A DNA stretch of 63,635 nucleotides, counting the filler, from Asterionella formosa (Eukaryota): assembly GCA_002256025.1 (NCBI GenBank). It is 5 parts of 5 records of this genome, joined end to end, with 100 filler letters (N's around TTAATTAATTAA, not from the genome) between each part and the next. Parts side by side here need not be neighbours in the genome. Positions count along the whole stretch, not along the records: positions 12,752 to 25,399 come from NKIB01007317.1; positions 25,500 to 38,145 come from NKIB01007322.1; 3 more parts are not named here. The stretch is one strand, 5' to 3'. The position numbers were made by a program, and so were the translations under genes. The notes below the pieces were generated by a model that saw only the letters and a program-made list of their open reading frames with translations, was not told where the DNA came from and ran no database searches. Position 1 is the stretch's first letter, and every line of letters begins with the position of its first letter. Shown one piece after another: positions 23,785 to 35,515 of the stretch.

Positions 23785-24951
23785 ATGAAGCTATCTTCGT
23801 TGGCTGTAGTGACACCACTACTATTCGGGATTTCCAGCGCTTGGCAAGTGGACAACCGATGCTTACATCGTGTCTTGGAAGAAGATGCCCACGCCATGTT
23901 TCTGGAGGAGGAAGCATCAGTCATGGATGCTTACAACGATGTTGCTGTTGTTCCCGACGTTTCTTCTAGCCTCAGAGGAGCAGAAGACCGCCGTGACCTT
24001 TCATCATCCCCAACCTTCATGTTGAAGATGTACTGGGAACAAGGATACTGTTGGCAGGAGGAGTGGATTGAACGCAAGTGGTGCATGTCATGCGAGGGAA
24101 CCACTTGTGGGCAAGGTGAATTTTTGGAGGTTCAGCCTTGCGATTCTACCAAGGCAATTCAGAAATTCATCTATGTTCCTGTTTCTGGCAGTAGTGGTGG
24201 TCAACTTCGAACCTCTACACAGAACCTCTGCTTGGAACGCATCTCCGGATCTGTGTGGAAGCTCAACACGTGTCGAACAACCAATCAAGGGACCCAAATC
24301 CTTGAAGGCATCGAAACTGATGGCAGTCGCTTTGAACTTCATCCCGAAGGAAGCTCAAAGGAGTGCCTTACAAACAATGACCATCATCCGAAACCCTTCG
24401 AAAAAATATATTCGACCTCTTGTGACTCTGCTCGTTGGAGTAAAACCTCCAACTGGAGTACATACATGACATCGTCTCCTACCGCGGCACCCCCTACAAA
24501 ATCTCCTACGAAAGGCCCCACACAACCCACTTCCTCAACTGTCTTGAATCTTCGACCAGGAGAATGCAGCGTTAGTTCGCCCTGCGTAAAATGTCAAGGA
24601 GACTGTGATTCGGATAGTGAATGCAGCTCCGGCTTGTCCTGCTTTCAGCGTACAAGTACGCAAACTGTCCCAGGATGCACTGGTTCTGGTTCACCAGGAA
24701 GGGATTACTGCTACAAGAAGTCGTCTACCCCCACAAAATCTCCTACGAAAGCCCCAACGTCCTCAACGATCTTGAACCTTCGATCTGGAGAATGCAGCGT
24801 CAGTTTGCCCTGTGTAAAGTGTCAAGGCGACTGTGATTCAGATAGTGAATGCAAGTCGGGCTTGAAATGCTTTCAGCGCAGTGCTAACAGTACTCAAGCA
24901 GTTCCAGGATGCTCTGGTTCTGGTTCGCCGGGAAGAGATTACTGTTATTAA
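23785..24951 (+). CDS. Frustulin-like secreted cell-wall protein: signal peptide, Trp-rich domain, Pro/Thr linker, two ACR domains
   Basis: MKLSSLAVVTPLLFGISSA signal; LKMYWEQGYCWQEEWIERKWC; PTKSPT linkers; two CVKCQGDCDSDSEC..GL.CFQR...VPGC.GSG..GRDYCY domains. Confidence 0.85.
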   Translation: MKLSSLAVVTPLLFGISSAWQVDNRCLHRVLEEDAHAMFLEEEASVMDAYNDVAVVPDVSSSLRGAEDRRDLSSSPTFMLKMYWEQGYCWQEEWIERKWCMSCEGTTCGQGEFLEVQPCDSTKAIQKFIYVPVSGSSGGQLRTSTQNLCLERISGSVWKLNTCRTTNQGTQILEGIETDGSRFELHPEGSSKECLTNNDHHPKPFEKIYSTSCDSARWSKTSNWSTYMTSSPTAAPPTKSPTKGPTQPTSSTVLNLRPGECSVSSPCVKCQGDCDSDSECSSGLSCFQRTSTQTVPGCTGSGSPGRDYCYKKSSTPTKSPTKAPTSSTILNLRSGECSVSLPCVKCQGDCDSDSECKSGLKCFQRSANSTQAVPGCSGSGSPGRDYCY

Positions 24952-25399
24952 TACGAAAACTGTTCCATCATGAGCCAACACCTCGCCCATGTCCCGCTCC
25001 TCTGTACCCATGCTTCCGTTTGGTACTCTGCCGGCTTTTCTGTTTGGCATTTCCAATAAGTGTATTTCATTAGAGATTTTGTGTTACATTTTCCTTTAAA
25101 GATATCCATTTCTCCAGTTTTACTTAGACTTGGAAAATACCTCATAAAATTAGAGAAAGTCACCCACCAGTCCACTTCTGATAACATGATGGATCATCTA
25201 AAAATCTGAAATTGACATTACCATGAATTTCATCCTGCCAGACAAATGGATTCTAAGTAACATAAATTGACAACAAAACAAAGTATCAATCTCTGTATAG
25301 TAGTTAATCCTTCTGGGCAAAAACAATTGCGGCAATTCTTAAAACATCTCTGGGGCCATTTTGACTCCTGCAATTTCTCCTGATAATTTGCCCTGATCT

Positions 25400-25499
25400 N
25401 NNNNNNNNNNNNNNNNNNNNNNNNNNNNNNNNNNNNNNNNNNNTTAATTAATTAANNNNNNNNNNNNNNNNNNNNNNNNNNNNNNNNNNNNNNNNNNNN
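25400..25499. other. Artificial scaffold linker
   Basis: 100-nt N/TTAATTAATTAA spacer. Confidence 0.95.
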
Positions 25500-27273
25500 C
25501 ACCAACTCGCTGGCCTAAATTGTGATTCGCATGGTGGGCCACGCAACGATTTGGCCCGGGAAATGGTGTACTGGGAAGACATACCAGAGGACAGCAAGTT
25601 CGTCTCTAAATTCAAACGACCGGGACAGTACATGACATTCGAATCAGATCACGGCGGATGGAACAATGTAAGTGTGTGCTGATCTAATTTGCTCAAACGT
25701 CAACCGTTTCCTCATAGTTCTCACATCATTGTTGATTATCATCATCTTTTTGACACCTGCCTATTTTTAATCTATAGCTACGCATGGCAATGGAGACTTG
25801 TTTGGCGATTGCAGCGGCAACAGGTAGAACACTCGTGCTGCCTCCTGAAGAGGGAATGTATTTGTTGCATCATGTAAGTGCTACTTTTGGAAACATCGCG
25901 CTCAATGACACAAACTTATCACCTCACTCTACAAAATAAATTCTCTTGTCAATTTAGGAAGAAGGTCACAAGGGCAAAAAGCAAAAGAACTCATTCTCCT
26001 ATAAGAATTTCTTTCATATGGAGTCCATTGCCAACGAACATGTTGGTCTGGAAGTCATTAGCATGGACGAATTTTTGACGAGAGAAGGAATAACAGGAAA
26101 TCTTCGTGATAAAGATGGCAATGTTGTCTTTCCTCCCGAAAACAAGACAGACTGGAATAACCAGCATGGGACAGCAGCAACACTCGAAGGATACCTTCGC
26201 ACAGTCGGTATGCTGCCCCCCGGATGGGAACCAAACAAATGTATCGTGGCCTTTCCATGGGCCGCAGAAAACTTTGATGAGATAGAGAAAATTTTGAAGG
26301 GCATCAAAGAACATCCACCAAGCTGGGAGTCTTACATAGGACATCCAACACCAGTCGATGCGGCGCCGGACGAGCGATTGAGGGAGAATTGGGCGTGGAG
26401 AGACAATATTTGCATGTATTCCAAAGAATTACAGAATGCTCCCTTAATTCATTTTTCCACTGCAGGTGAATCAGACAGACTGTTGGTGCATTTTTATGCC
26501 TTTTTGTTCTTTGAGAATTGGAAGGAGGATCTTTGGATGAAGCGATTTGTGAGGGATCATGTAAGGTGTGTTCAGCTGCATGTTATAGGGCGTTTTTTTA
26601 ATGAAGTCACTTGCTGCTGTAAAATGTTTTCCCTGCTGTATTGCCAATGCACTTTGCTAATAACTCCTTGTTGTACAGGTACATTGATGAAATCAACTGC
26701 GCTGCTGCTCGTGTTGTAAATGCAGTTCGTGAAAGAGCGAGAACAAAGGATCCGCTCAATCAAGGCGGTCTCTTTGATGCCTTTCATATTCGTAGAGGCG
26801 ATTTCCAGTACAAAGAAACACGAATTGAAGCAGATGAGATTTTGAGGCGTGTAGAAAAGCATATGGTTCTTGGTTCCACCGTCTACATTGGAACAGACGA
26901 ACGTAATAAGACCTTTTTCAAGCCTATTGCGGATAAATACGATGTTGTTTATTTGGATGATTTCATGCACTTATTGGAAGGTATCAACACTAATTATTAT
27001 GGAATGTTGGACCAGTTAATTACATCCCGCAGCCGAACCTTTTTCGGCTGCTGGTTTTCGACATTCACTGGCTATATTAATCGACTTCGAGGGTACCATG
27101 CCGATAACGACAAATCTCCTGGTTACGAAGACGGCATCATCAATTCATACTACTATGCCATGGAAGACAGAATGGATCATATGCGAACCTTTTACCCAGT
27201 GAAAAGAGAGTTCTTTGCTCGAGAGTTTCCAGCTAGTTGGAGAGGGATCGACAAAGGCATTGGTGAGCTGTGA
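25500..27273 (+). CDS. GDP-fucose protein O-fucosyltransferase family protein, 5'-partial; introns 25668..25777, 25874..25957, 26566..26678
   Basis: Spliced YMTFESDHGGWNNLRMAMET...TGRTLVLPP, HIRRGDFQY, VYIGTDE, LDQLI..SRTFFGCWFSTFTGYINRLRGY. Confidence 0.85.
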
Positions 27274-27399
27274 TAGCAATGAGCATCCCTCGCCAGTGTC
27301 AACCAATTAACGAATGGCAAAACCAGATTAGCACCTAGCGGCGGCAAGCTTTATTTATCGCAACCGATGCATGTAATCAAGTCTGTATCATAATATCGA

Positions 27400-28167
27400 T
27401 CAAGGCATGTTACCTTTCCCGAGCTCAACTACATAGTTTTGAAACCAATCCAACCAAGTTCCTTGGATGACAAATTTGTTGATGCCCATGCTCAATGTCT
27501 CTTCCATCAATTCCTGTTTTGTATCTGCTGCAGTAGTAAGATCCACTATTATTCTTGATTTCATAGTGGGCCCAGTGACATCTAAATAGACAAGCTCCTC
27601 GCATAATGCCAACACATCGTCGACATCGCAGGCATAACCCACGAGTATGGAGTTTCCACCTCCTGTTTGGTCAATCAAACTAGCTACTCCATTTGCAACT
27701 TCGATTGGATCCTTGACATAATTCGAATTATCCAGGAGTGATATTGCTGTCTTGGTTCCATTGGAGACATGTGCAGCAATCTGATCTGCTAAACGTCTGG
27801 CCTTTTCGGGTTCATCATTGTAGTCAAGGAGTGGGTGCCATTGCCCTGATGGGAATGGAAGAGGAGATTGAGTGAAAATGGTAAATTCGGGTCCTGCATC
27901 CCACGTTGTCGGAACGCTGTTGGAGCCTATCATTATTGCTCCATGGATGCCCGCCTTTTGCGCAGCATGCAACAATTCGGCAGTATCCCTTGCGTGGACA
28001 TGGACAGATATCTCATCTTGATTGTGGCACGATACGTGCATCCCGGATTGAGAGTCGTAGTACGTTGTGAAGAGGCGACGATTACCTACTATGTAGCGAC
28101 CTGAATTCGACCATGATCGAGAGTGTTGGGCTGGTGGTCGGATTGATGCGCAACGACGGAACAACAT
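27400..28167 (-). CDS. Hypothetical protein with a mitochondrial-type presequence; possible degenerate TIM barrel
   Basis: Intact 255-aa ORF from ATG 28167; Arg/Ser-rich N-terminus MLFRRCASIRPPAQHSRSW...RRLF. Confidence 0.7.
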   Translation of the reverse strand: MLFRRCASIRPPAQHSRSWSNSGRYIVGNRRLFTTYYDSQSGMHVSCHNQDEISVHVHARDTAELLHAAQKAGIHGAIMIGSNSVPTTWDAGPEFTIFTQSPLPFPSGQWHPLLDYNDEPEKARRLADQIAAHVSNGTKTAISLLDNSNYVKDPIEVANGVASLIDQTGGGNSILVGYACDVDDVLALCEELVYLDVTGPTMKSRIIVDLTTAADTKQELMEETLSMGINKFVIQGTWLDWFQNYVVELGKGNMP

Positions 28168-28761
28168 GATATTTTGAAGCGATTTCTGTTCCTGGTGATG
28201 GTGCAACACACTAAATACACCGAGTGTTTCGGTTAATATTCTTCACGATTTTCTGCCTGCGAGTTGTACTACCGGTACCGGTATGTTCAAGTGTGCTGAG
28301 GGAACAAGGGGAAGTTAAAAGCAAAAAGTCCTGTGCTATATATACCAGTACCGTAATTCCACTACCGGGTACACCGTTGGTAAAGTAATTCGAAGATTGT
28401 TTGGAGCAATAATAACATACACGCGGTAACTGGTAGTTTAACATTTATGAACCGAACCGGTATAAGCGGGAAGAACTAACGGTACATACCTTATCTTCTT
28501 TACCACATGGGAAAGTTCAAAAATATACGGGTGGTTCACGTTTGTTTGTTGTCACATCCTTGTCACCAAGCTGTACCAAGTACATTACGGGTCACTCCCC
28601 ACCACCATAATTAGAATGTATTCCCGGTATTTAGTCTACTAGTGCTGTTAGCTAGAATCCCATAGTAGACCCCTCATATGATGGGAATCCCTGCTGATAC
28701 TATATAGCGAAGGAAATGATCGTACAAAAGGGATCATGAACGACCTACTATTGCAAATGCA

Positions 28762-29659
28762 TCAATTACAATTGCTGTATTCTACAACGGATGCCGCAAG
28801 CTCATACCAAGGATTGTACTCCTTGCCCCAAACATCTTGGACATTCTCAACTGTCTCGAGTAGTGGTAGAGTCGAGAGTAAATTCACATCAAAGTAGAGC
28901 CTATCACCATTGCCATCTTGCAAGAATTCAACGCTTCCAGAATGGGCATCAGGAAGAAGCGGAAGCAACCTGTCCTCAATTTCTGAAATGATTTCTATGG
29001 GGATATTCATTGCAGACAGGATAGGCTGGGCTTTTCTTACATCCTGCCAACTACAAACTCCTCTACCAGCACATCCAGTGGTAAATTCATCCACACCTTC
29101 TTGATTGGTTCGAACGATACCACATTGCACTTTCCCCCTCAAGAACCATATTCGATATAGTTGATTGTGCGATGGTGGTACATACGCTTGTATCAAGGCC
29201 ACTGGATCAGGTAATGTTGACAGTGCCATCAATGTGGACAATTCTTCCTCGTTTGTTATTTTAATAATTCCGGCACCAAAACCACCTGCATTGGGTTTCA
29301 CCAAGAACGGAAAATCGTTGCCTTTCTGTTGTAACTGATGACATGCATGCTGAACGTTCCCCTTGGTTACTGGAGAGATTCGTGTGCTCACTGGGGTTCG
29401 CAGAGAAGCTCGCTCCAACAACTTGTGATGACACCATTTGTTTCCACATTGAGCATAGGAAATAGGGCCATTCCAGACTTTAGTGGGGAATATTGAAATG
29501 AGGACTCCCATACATGCCTTGTATAGATGAGGATCTGCAGCATCCGAGACTCGATTGACAATCAATTTCGCGCTTGAAACAAGCGCACTCAACAAGTCGT
29601 CATTCAACATGGACTCCAGCGCAATCACTTCGACGCGTTCTCCCAGGGACTCAAGCTCT
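28762..29659 (-). CDS. ATP-grasp (RimK/glutathione synthetase-like) ligase, 5' end in an N gap
   Basis: VNRVSD, FPFLVKPNAGGFGAGI, LIQAYVP, GSVEFL...YFDVNLLS. Confidence 0.8.
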
Positions 29660-30577
29660 NNNNNNNNNNNNNNNNNNNNNNNNNNNNNNNNNNNNNNNNN
29701 NNNNNNNNNNNNNNNNNNNNNNNNNNNNNNNNNNNNNNNNNNNNNNNNNNNNNNNNNNNNNNNNNNNNNNNNNNNNNNNNNNNNNNNNNNNNNNNNNNNN
29801 NNNNNNNNNNNNNNNNNNNNNNNNNNNNNNNNNNNNNNNNNNNNNNNNNNNNNNNNNNNNNNNNNNNNNNNNNNNNNNNNNNNNNNNNNNNNNNNNNNNN
29901 NNNNNNNNNNNNNNNNNNNNNNNNNNNNNNNNNNNNNNNNNNNNNNNNNNNNNNNNNNNNNNNNNNNNNNNNNNNNNNNNNNNNNNNNNNNNNNNNNNNN
30001 NNNNNNNNNNNNNNNNNNNNNNNNNNNNNNNNNNNNNNNNNNNNNNNNNNNNNNNNNNNNNNNNNNNNNNNNNNNNNNNNNNNNNNNNNNNNNNNNNNNN
30101 NNNNNNNNNNNNNNNNNNNNNNNNNNNNNNNNNNNNNNNNNNNNNNNNNNNNNNNNNNNNNNNNNNNNNNNNNNNNNNNNNNNNNNNNNNNNNNNNNNNN
30201 NNNNNNNNNNNNNNNNNNNNNNNNNNNNNNNNNNNNNNNNNNNNNNNNNNNNNNNNNNNNNNNNNNNNNNNNNNNNNNNNNNNNNNNNNNNNNNNNNNNN
30301 NNNNNNNNNNNNNNNNNNNNNNNNNNNNNNNNNNNNNNNNNNNNNNNNNNNNNNNNNNNNNNNNNNNNNNNNNNNNNNNNNNNNNNNNNNNNNNNNNNNN
30401 NNNNNNNNNNNNNNNNNNNNNNNNNNNNNNNNNNNNNNNNNNNNNNNNNNNNNNNNNNNNNNNNNNNNNNCTATGGATGTACTGTCAACATGACATGCTT
30501 GATTCCCTGAGCGAACTCCTTTGATTGTTACCATCAGAGATGATTCTCATAAATTAACAAAACGACAAAATCGAACA

Positions 30578-33310
30578 ATGGCAGAAAGAACCATCACAGA
30601 CGCAACTGCAAAAGCTATTGAGCAAGCATTGACTGTGGCTCGTGACAATGGACACCCATCAGCTGAGCCACTTCACTTGGCCCTCAGTTTGTTCACTGGA
30701 GACGAGTCCATGGGCGTTCGAGTGTGTGCTCATGTTGAAGGCAATCCCAATTTCGATGTCAACACTGTACGTCGATCACTACAGAGACTAGTTCTGAAGA
30801 AGCCCTCCCAAAATCCTGCACCATTAGAGGCCAGCCCATCAACGTCTCTACAACAATTGCTTCAGCGAGCAACCAAGGCGGCGAAAGCAAATGGGGATTC
30901 ATTGGTTGCCCTTGACCACGTATTCATGGCTCTCTATGGTGATCGCGAAGTTAAAGCTGTTTTAGAGGAGGCTGGATTGAATCAGAAAGTTGTAACCAAG
31001 GCTTTGGAAGGTATCAGAGGTAATCGTAAGGTCACTTCGGCTTCTGCAGAAGAAACTTATGAGGCACTCAGCAAGTATGGAATTGACCTTGTGAAAGCAG
31101 CCGAGGACGGAAAACTTGACCCAGTTATTGGAAGGGACGAAGAGATCCGTCGAATGGTTCAGATTCTTTCCCGTCGAACCAAAAATAATCCTTGTTTGGT
31201 TGGCGAACCTGGAACAGGCAAAACCGCAATTGTTGAGGGCCTTGCCAAAAGAATTTTGGAAGGTGATGTTCCGGAAACATTAAAGGGCGTCGCACTTCGG
31301 ACTCTGGACATGGGAGCATTGGTAGCTGGGGCCAAATATCGAGGGGAATTTGAAGAACGACTTCGAGCTGTTTTGGATGAATGCAAGCAGGCTGAAGGAA
31401 AGATTATTCTCTTTGTTGATGAAGTGCACCTTGTCTTAGGTGCTGGCAGAGGTGATGGTGCTATGGATGCTGCTAACTTGTTGAAGCCAATGTTGGCGCG
31501 GGGTGAACTCAGAATGATTGGTGCGACAACGTTGGATGAATACCGTCAACATATTGAGAAAGACTCGGCTTTTGAACGTCGTTTTCAGAAGGTGATTGTA
31601 AATGAGCCATCAGTAGAGTCAACAATCTCAATCCTTCGAGGCCTCACTGACTCCTATGAAGCTCATCACGGTGTTCGAATTTCAGATGCTTCGTTGGTAG
31701 CTGCGGCTCAACTTTCAGATCGATACATCACTAATCGATTTCTTCCTGACAAAGCTATCGACTTGATGGACGAAGCTGCGGCTGCTAAACGAACTGCACT
31801 TGACAGTCGCCCGGAAAAAATTGATCAGCTTGAACGTCGCATTCTACAGCTTGAAATTGAGTCGACAGCTTTGAATCGGGAAAAGGATAAGGCATCCAAA
31901 AAACGCAGAGGTTCTATTCAGCATGAAATTGCTAACCTTCGGGAGGAGCTTGCTCCGCTCAGCTCCAAATGGCAGGCCGATCGAGGCAGAGCAAGCGAGC
32001 TGAAGCAAGTGAAGGAGAAACTTGCAACGCTTGAGGCCAAGTCAGCAGCTGCTGAGCGTATGGGAGACTATGAAAAAGCAGCAGACCTCAAGTACGGTGC
32101 TATTCCAGATCTACTTGCACACTTGAAGGAAATTACAAGGCAAGAAGACGAACGCAAGGCATCCATGACCGATGGTGATGACACAATGGTTTCCGAGGAA
32201 GTCACACCGCAGGATATTGCTGAGATCATTGCTCGTTGGACCGGAATCCCGGTTAACAAACTATCTCAGACCGATAGACAACGCCTGTTGAATCTCGATG
32301 ATCGTTTGAAAGCAAGGGTAATCGGACAAGATGATGCTGTGCAAGCCGTGGTTGATTGCGTTATACGATCCAAGGCTGGCCTGTCTCGCTCATCTCAACC
32401 AACAGGAAGTTTCCTTTTCGCTGGACCCACAGGGGTAGGCAAGACATCATTGGCAAAAGCCTTGTTTTCTGAACTTTATGATGGAGACGAGCGACACCTA
32501 GTCCGCATTGATATGAGTGAATATAGCGAGGCTCATTCAGTTGCCCGTCTTGTTGGTGCTCCCCCCGGTTACATCGGCCATGATGAAGGAGGTCAACTGA
32601 CGGAAGCAGTACGGCGCAAGCCATATACGGTTGTGCTTTTTGACGAGGTAGAAAAGGCACATCCAAGAGTGTTGACTATTCTTTTGCAGGTCCTCGATGA
32701 TGGTAGATTGACGGATAGCAAGGGTCGAACTGTTGACTTTACCAACACTGTCATTATTTTGACCACAAATATTGGAGCTGAATACCTTTTAGACTTGACC
32801 GAGTCGGACCACGCACAAAAGGAGAAGGCCCACAAGAAAGTTATGTCTGAGATTCGTTCTCACTTCAGCCCAGAATTTCTGAATCGTTTATCAGGCATTA
32901 TTATGTTCAACTCGCTCGGCACGGAACAGCTGGAGAAGATTTGCCACAATGCCATGAATGGAGTTAAACGCAGATTGGCAACTCAAGGAGTTCGGGTTGT
33001 TCTGGAGTCCAGTGGAGCCAAGGCTATTTTGGAAGCAAGCTATGATCACAATTATGGCGCCCGCCCAGTAGAACGCTACCTCGAGCAAACTGTTGTCACC
33101 GCATTAAGTCGAATGCTAATTAGTGGCGCCCTTGGAAGTGGAGATACTGTGCACATTGAGGCCATTGACATTGATGAGGATTCGCTTGACGATTGTGAAG
33201 CACCATTGAAAAAAGCTAAGACTCTCAACTACAGAGTTGAGCATGGCGAGCAGTTCGAGATTGATGACAAGAATTTCGGTAGTGGTGAGTCGGAGCATAT
33301 GGACGAATGA
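30578..33310 (+). CDS. clpB: Cytosolic Hsp101/Hsp104 (ClpB-type) disaggregase
   Basis: Clp-N repeats, [20 protein letters not shown], middle coiled coil, [19 protein letters not shown]; no targeting peptide; acidic C-terminus EHMDE. Confidence 0.95.
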   Translation: MAERTITDATAKAIEQALTVARDNGHPSAEPLHLALSLFTGDESMGVRVCAHVEGNPNFDVNTVRRSLQRLVLKKPSQNPAPLEASPSTSLQQLLQRATKAAKANGDSLVALDHVFMALYGDREVKAVLEEAGLNQKVVTKALEGIRGNRKVTSASAEETYEALSKYGIDLVKAAEDGKLDPVIGRDEEIRRMVQILSRRTKNNPCLVGEPGTGKTAIVEGLAKRILEGDVPETLKGVALRTLDMGALVAGAKYRGEFEERLRAVLDECKQAEGKIILFVDEVHLVLGAGRGDGAMDAANLLKPMLARGELRMIGATTLDEYRQHIEKDSAFERRFQKVIVNEPSVESTISILRGLTDSYEAHHGVRISDASLVAAAQLSDRYITNRFLPDKAIDLMDEAAAAKRTALDSRPEKIDQLERRILQLEIESTALNREKDKASKKRRGSIQHEIANLREELAPLSSKWQADRGRASELKQVKEKLATLEAKSAAAERMGDYEKAADLKYGAIPDLLAHLKEITRQEDERKASMTDGDDTMVSEEVTPQDIAEIIARWTGIPVNKLSQTDRQRLLNLDDRLKARVIGQDDAVQAVVDCVIRSKAGLSRSSQPTGSFLFAGPTGVGKTSLAKALFSELYDGDERHLVRIDMSEYSEAHSVARLVGAPPGYIGHDEGGQLTEAVRRKPYTVVLFDEVEKAHPRVLTILLQVLDDGRLTDSKGRTVDFTNTVIILTTNIGAEYLLDLTESDHAQKEKAHKKVMSEIRSHFSPEFLNRLSGIIMFNSLGTEQLEKICHNAMNGVKRRLATQGVRVVLESSGAKAILEASYDHNYGARPVERYLEQTVVTALSRMLISGALGSGDTVHIEAIDIDEDSLDDCEAPLKKAKTLNYRVEHGEQFEIDDKNFGSGESEHMDE

Positions 33311-33855
33311 ATATATATTTCATATTGTGGTGTGTGCATAAAATANNNNNNNNNNNNNNNNNNNNNNNNNNNNNNNNNNNNNNNNNNNNNNNNNNNNNNN
33401 NNNNNNNNNNNNNNNNNNNNNNNNNNNNNNNNNNNNNNNNNNNNNNNNNNNNNNNNNNNNNNNNNNNNNNNNNNNNNNNNNNNNNNNNNNNNNNNNNNNN
33501 NNNNNNNNNNNNNNNNNNNNNNNNNNNNNNNNNNNNNNNNNNNNNNNNNNNNNNNNNNNNNNNNNNNNNNNNNNNNNNNNNNNNNNNNNNNNNNNNNNNN
33601 NNNNNNNNNNNNNNNNNNNNNNNNNNNNNNNNNNNNNNNNNNNNNNNNNNNNNNNNNNNNNNNNNNNNNNNNNNNNNNNNNNNNNNNNNNNNNNNNNNNN
33701 NNNNNNNNNNNNNNNNNNNNNNNNNNNNNNNNNNNNNNNNNNNNNNNNNNNNNNNNNNNNNNNNNNNNNNNNNNNNNNNNNNNNNNNNNNNNNNNNNNNN
33801 NNNNNNNNNNNNNNNNNNNNNNACAGCAGCCTTGAACCTCCCACTTTTTTGCCTC

Positions 33856-34986
33856 ATGACAATGTCCGACGAGCCGCCCAATAGTATTGGTACAGATAAT
33901 AGTACTGCATCACCATCAGTTTACCAGTATGCAGAAGCAGCTGCCGAAGCTGCCATAGCCGAAGCCTTGGCGTCGGTTGATGCAGCAGCGGAAAAGGAAG
34001 CACAGGAGGAGCGAGAGCACGCGGAGCAGCAGCTGAACCTGCAGCTACTACACAGCGCTGATCCCACGGACACGAATCTGCCCCAAGCGCTTGCGGCAAA
34101 CTTGGCAGAATACTCTTCAGCAGAAGTGGTGGCAGGCGCCAATGATAACCATCCAACCATTTCTCCCAATGGAGAGTATCTACCGCTCGGTCCCCTCCCA
34201 CCAAAGAAGAAGCGTCGCACGAAATGGAGTGAAACGCGTCACACCTACAAGGGCATTTTGAGACGCACTTGTCTCTGCGGAAAGAAGGAATGCTTTCAGC
34301 GATGGAAGGCTTGGATCGACTTGTGTGACTCCAAACGCCAGGGGTACTACCGTGTGGGATGGGCTAGCTTCAAGCAGACACCCATGGCCCGAGAGCGGAC
34401 GCACCACCGAGATGTTCTCTACATGCACTTGCTCGGAGAAGCGTCGCCCAGGTACGACAAGGATGATCCCAAGCGCACGCAAAAACATTTTATTGCCTTC
34501 CACCATTTCGACCCACTCATTTTATTGGAAGACAATAAGGGGCCGATGAACTATGTGCCTCCAGACTTGGCGCCAAAGGTGGAGGGTTATACGGACAGAG
34601 ATCGCGTCCAATTCATTCATCAATACCAAGATCATTATCACCCCGTTCCTAATTACAGTGAAGAAAAGCAGGAAAGTGATTTACAGTTAGCCCAAGCGAA
34701 CAAATACGAACGTGTCAAGGATATTGTGGAAAAGTTCCAATCGAATCCCAAGGAAGCGGCGGACGAAGTCTATGCACTCGAAGTTGACCTACAAAAAGCC
34801 CAAAAGGATTTATTGCTCAGCAAGCAAGAACTGGAAGGATTGCAAAAGGAGCATATTGCTCTGCAGCAAGAATCTGGCGTGGAGATTAAAAGGCCAAGGT
34901 TGGACGATGATGACGAGCAGGAAGCTGCGGAGATGTTGGCTGCTAGTGTTAAGCATGAATCTACAGGAGATATAACTCAAGTTTAG
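33856..34986 (+). CDS. Hypothetical nuclear protein with a Cys/His (THAP-like) domain and a C-terminal coiled coil
   Basis: NLS-like PKKKRR; CLCGKKEC...IAFHHFDP; heptad-rich C-terminus. The start is tentative because an N gap lies upstream. Confidence 0.7.
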   Translation: MTMSDEPPNSIGTDNSTASPSVYQYAEAAAEAAIAEALASVDAAAEKEAQEEREHAEQQLNLQLLHSADPTDTNLPQALAANLAEYSSAEVVAGANDNHPTISPNGEYLPLGPLPPKKKRRTKWSETRHTYKGILRRTCLCGKKECFQRWKAWIDLCDSKRQGYYRVGWASFKQTPMARERTHHRDVLYMHLLGEASPRYDKDDPKRTQKHFIAFHHFDPLILLEDNKGPMNYVPPDLAPKVEGYTDRDRVQFIHQYQDHYHPVPNYSEEKQESDLQLAQANKYERVKDIVEKFQSNPKEAADEVYALEVDLQKAQKDLLLSKQELEGLQKEHIALQQESGVEIKRPRLDDDDEQEAAEMLAASVKHESTGDITQV

Positions 34987-35054
34987 ATGCTAAAAGGCGC
35001 ATTGGCCAACGAATAGGTTTGCGAGCGTTTTTATTGCTCGAAACATTCATTGGG

Positions 35055-35171
35055 GTTTCATCGAAAATCAGAAGACTTCCATAATTAGCCTGAGCTCTTT
35101 GGCAATTAATTTTGCTACCTTAATTAGTTTGTACCAATACCACTATACGTTGAAACTGATTTCAATGAAAC
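35055..35171. repeat. Short inverted-repeat-bounded element (possible MITE)
   Basis: GTTTCATCGAAAATCAG ... CTGATTTCAATGAAAC; single copy in the window. Confidence 0.4.
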
Positions 35172-35515
35172 AACATCAGCTATGACTACCGGTTTAAGTA
35201 TTTTTTTCCATTCTTGGTAGCGGGTTATCGCTATACTGCATATATTTTAATATATTCCGGTATAATACGATATAATCATTGCACCTCTTGTTAATATCCT
35301 TACTTATAACAGGTGGTACTGGTATCTGGTACTCCTACCAGGCGCTCCAGTACCAGGTGGTCTACCGGTATGTATATTGACTTTTCCTGTCAGAATCATG
35401 CATATATAATTATTTGTTAACACACGAATATGTACTGGTATGCCATCTTAAATTTCAGCTGGTGCTCTTTGAGCAGGTACTGCAATGTTGTAATACGGAG
35501 TAGGAGCGAGCGATC

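Noticed and set aside
10165..27273. Fucose gene cluster (fucokinase plus O-fucosyltransferase)
   Set aside because: The genes lie on different scaffolds separated by two artificial linkers.
31125..33298. Antisense ORFs over Hsp101 and other long CDSs
   Set aside because: Shadow ORFs with no motifs, expected opposite real coding sequence.
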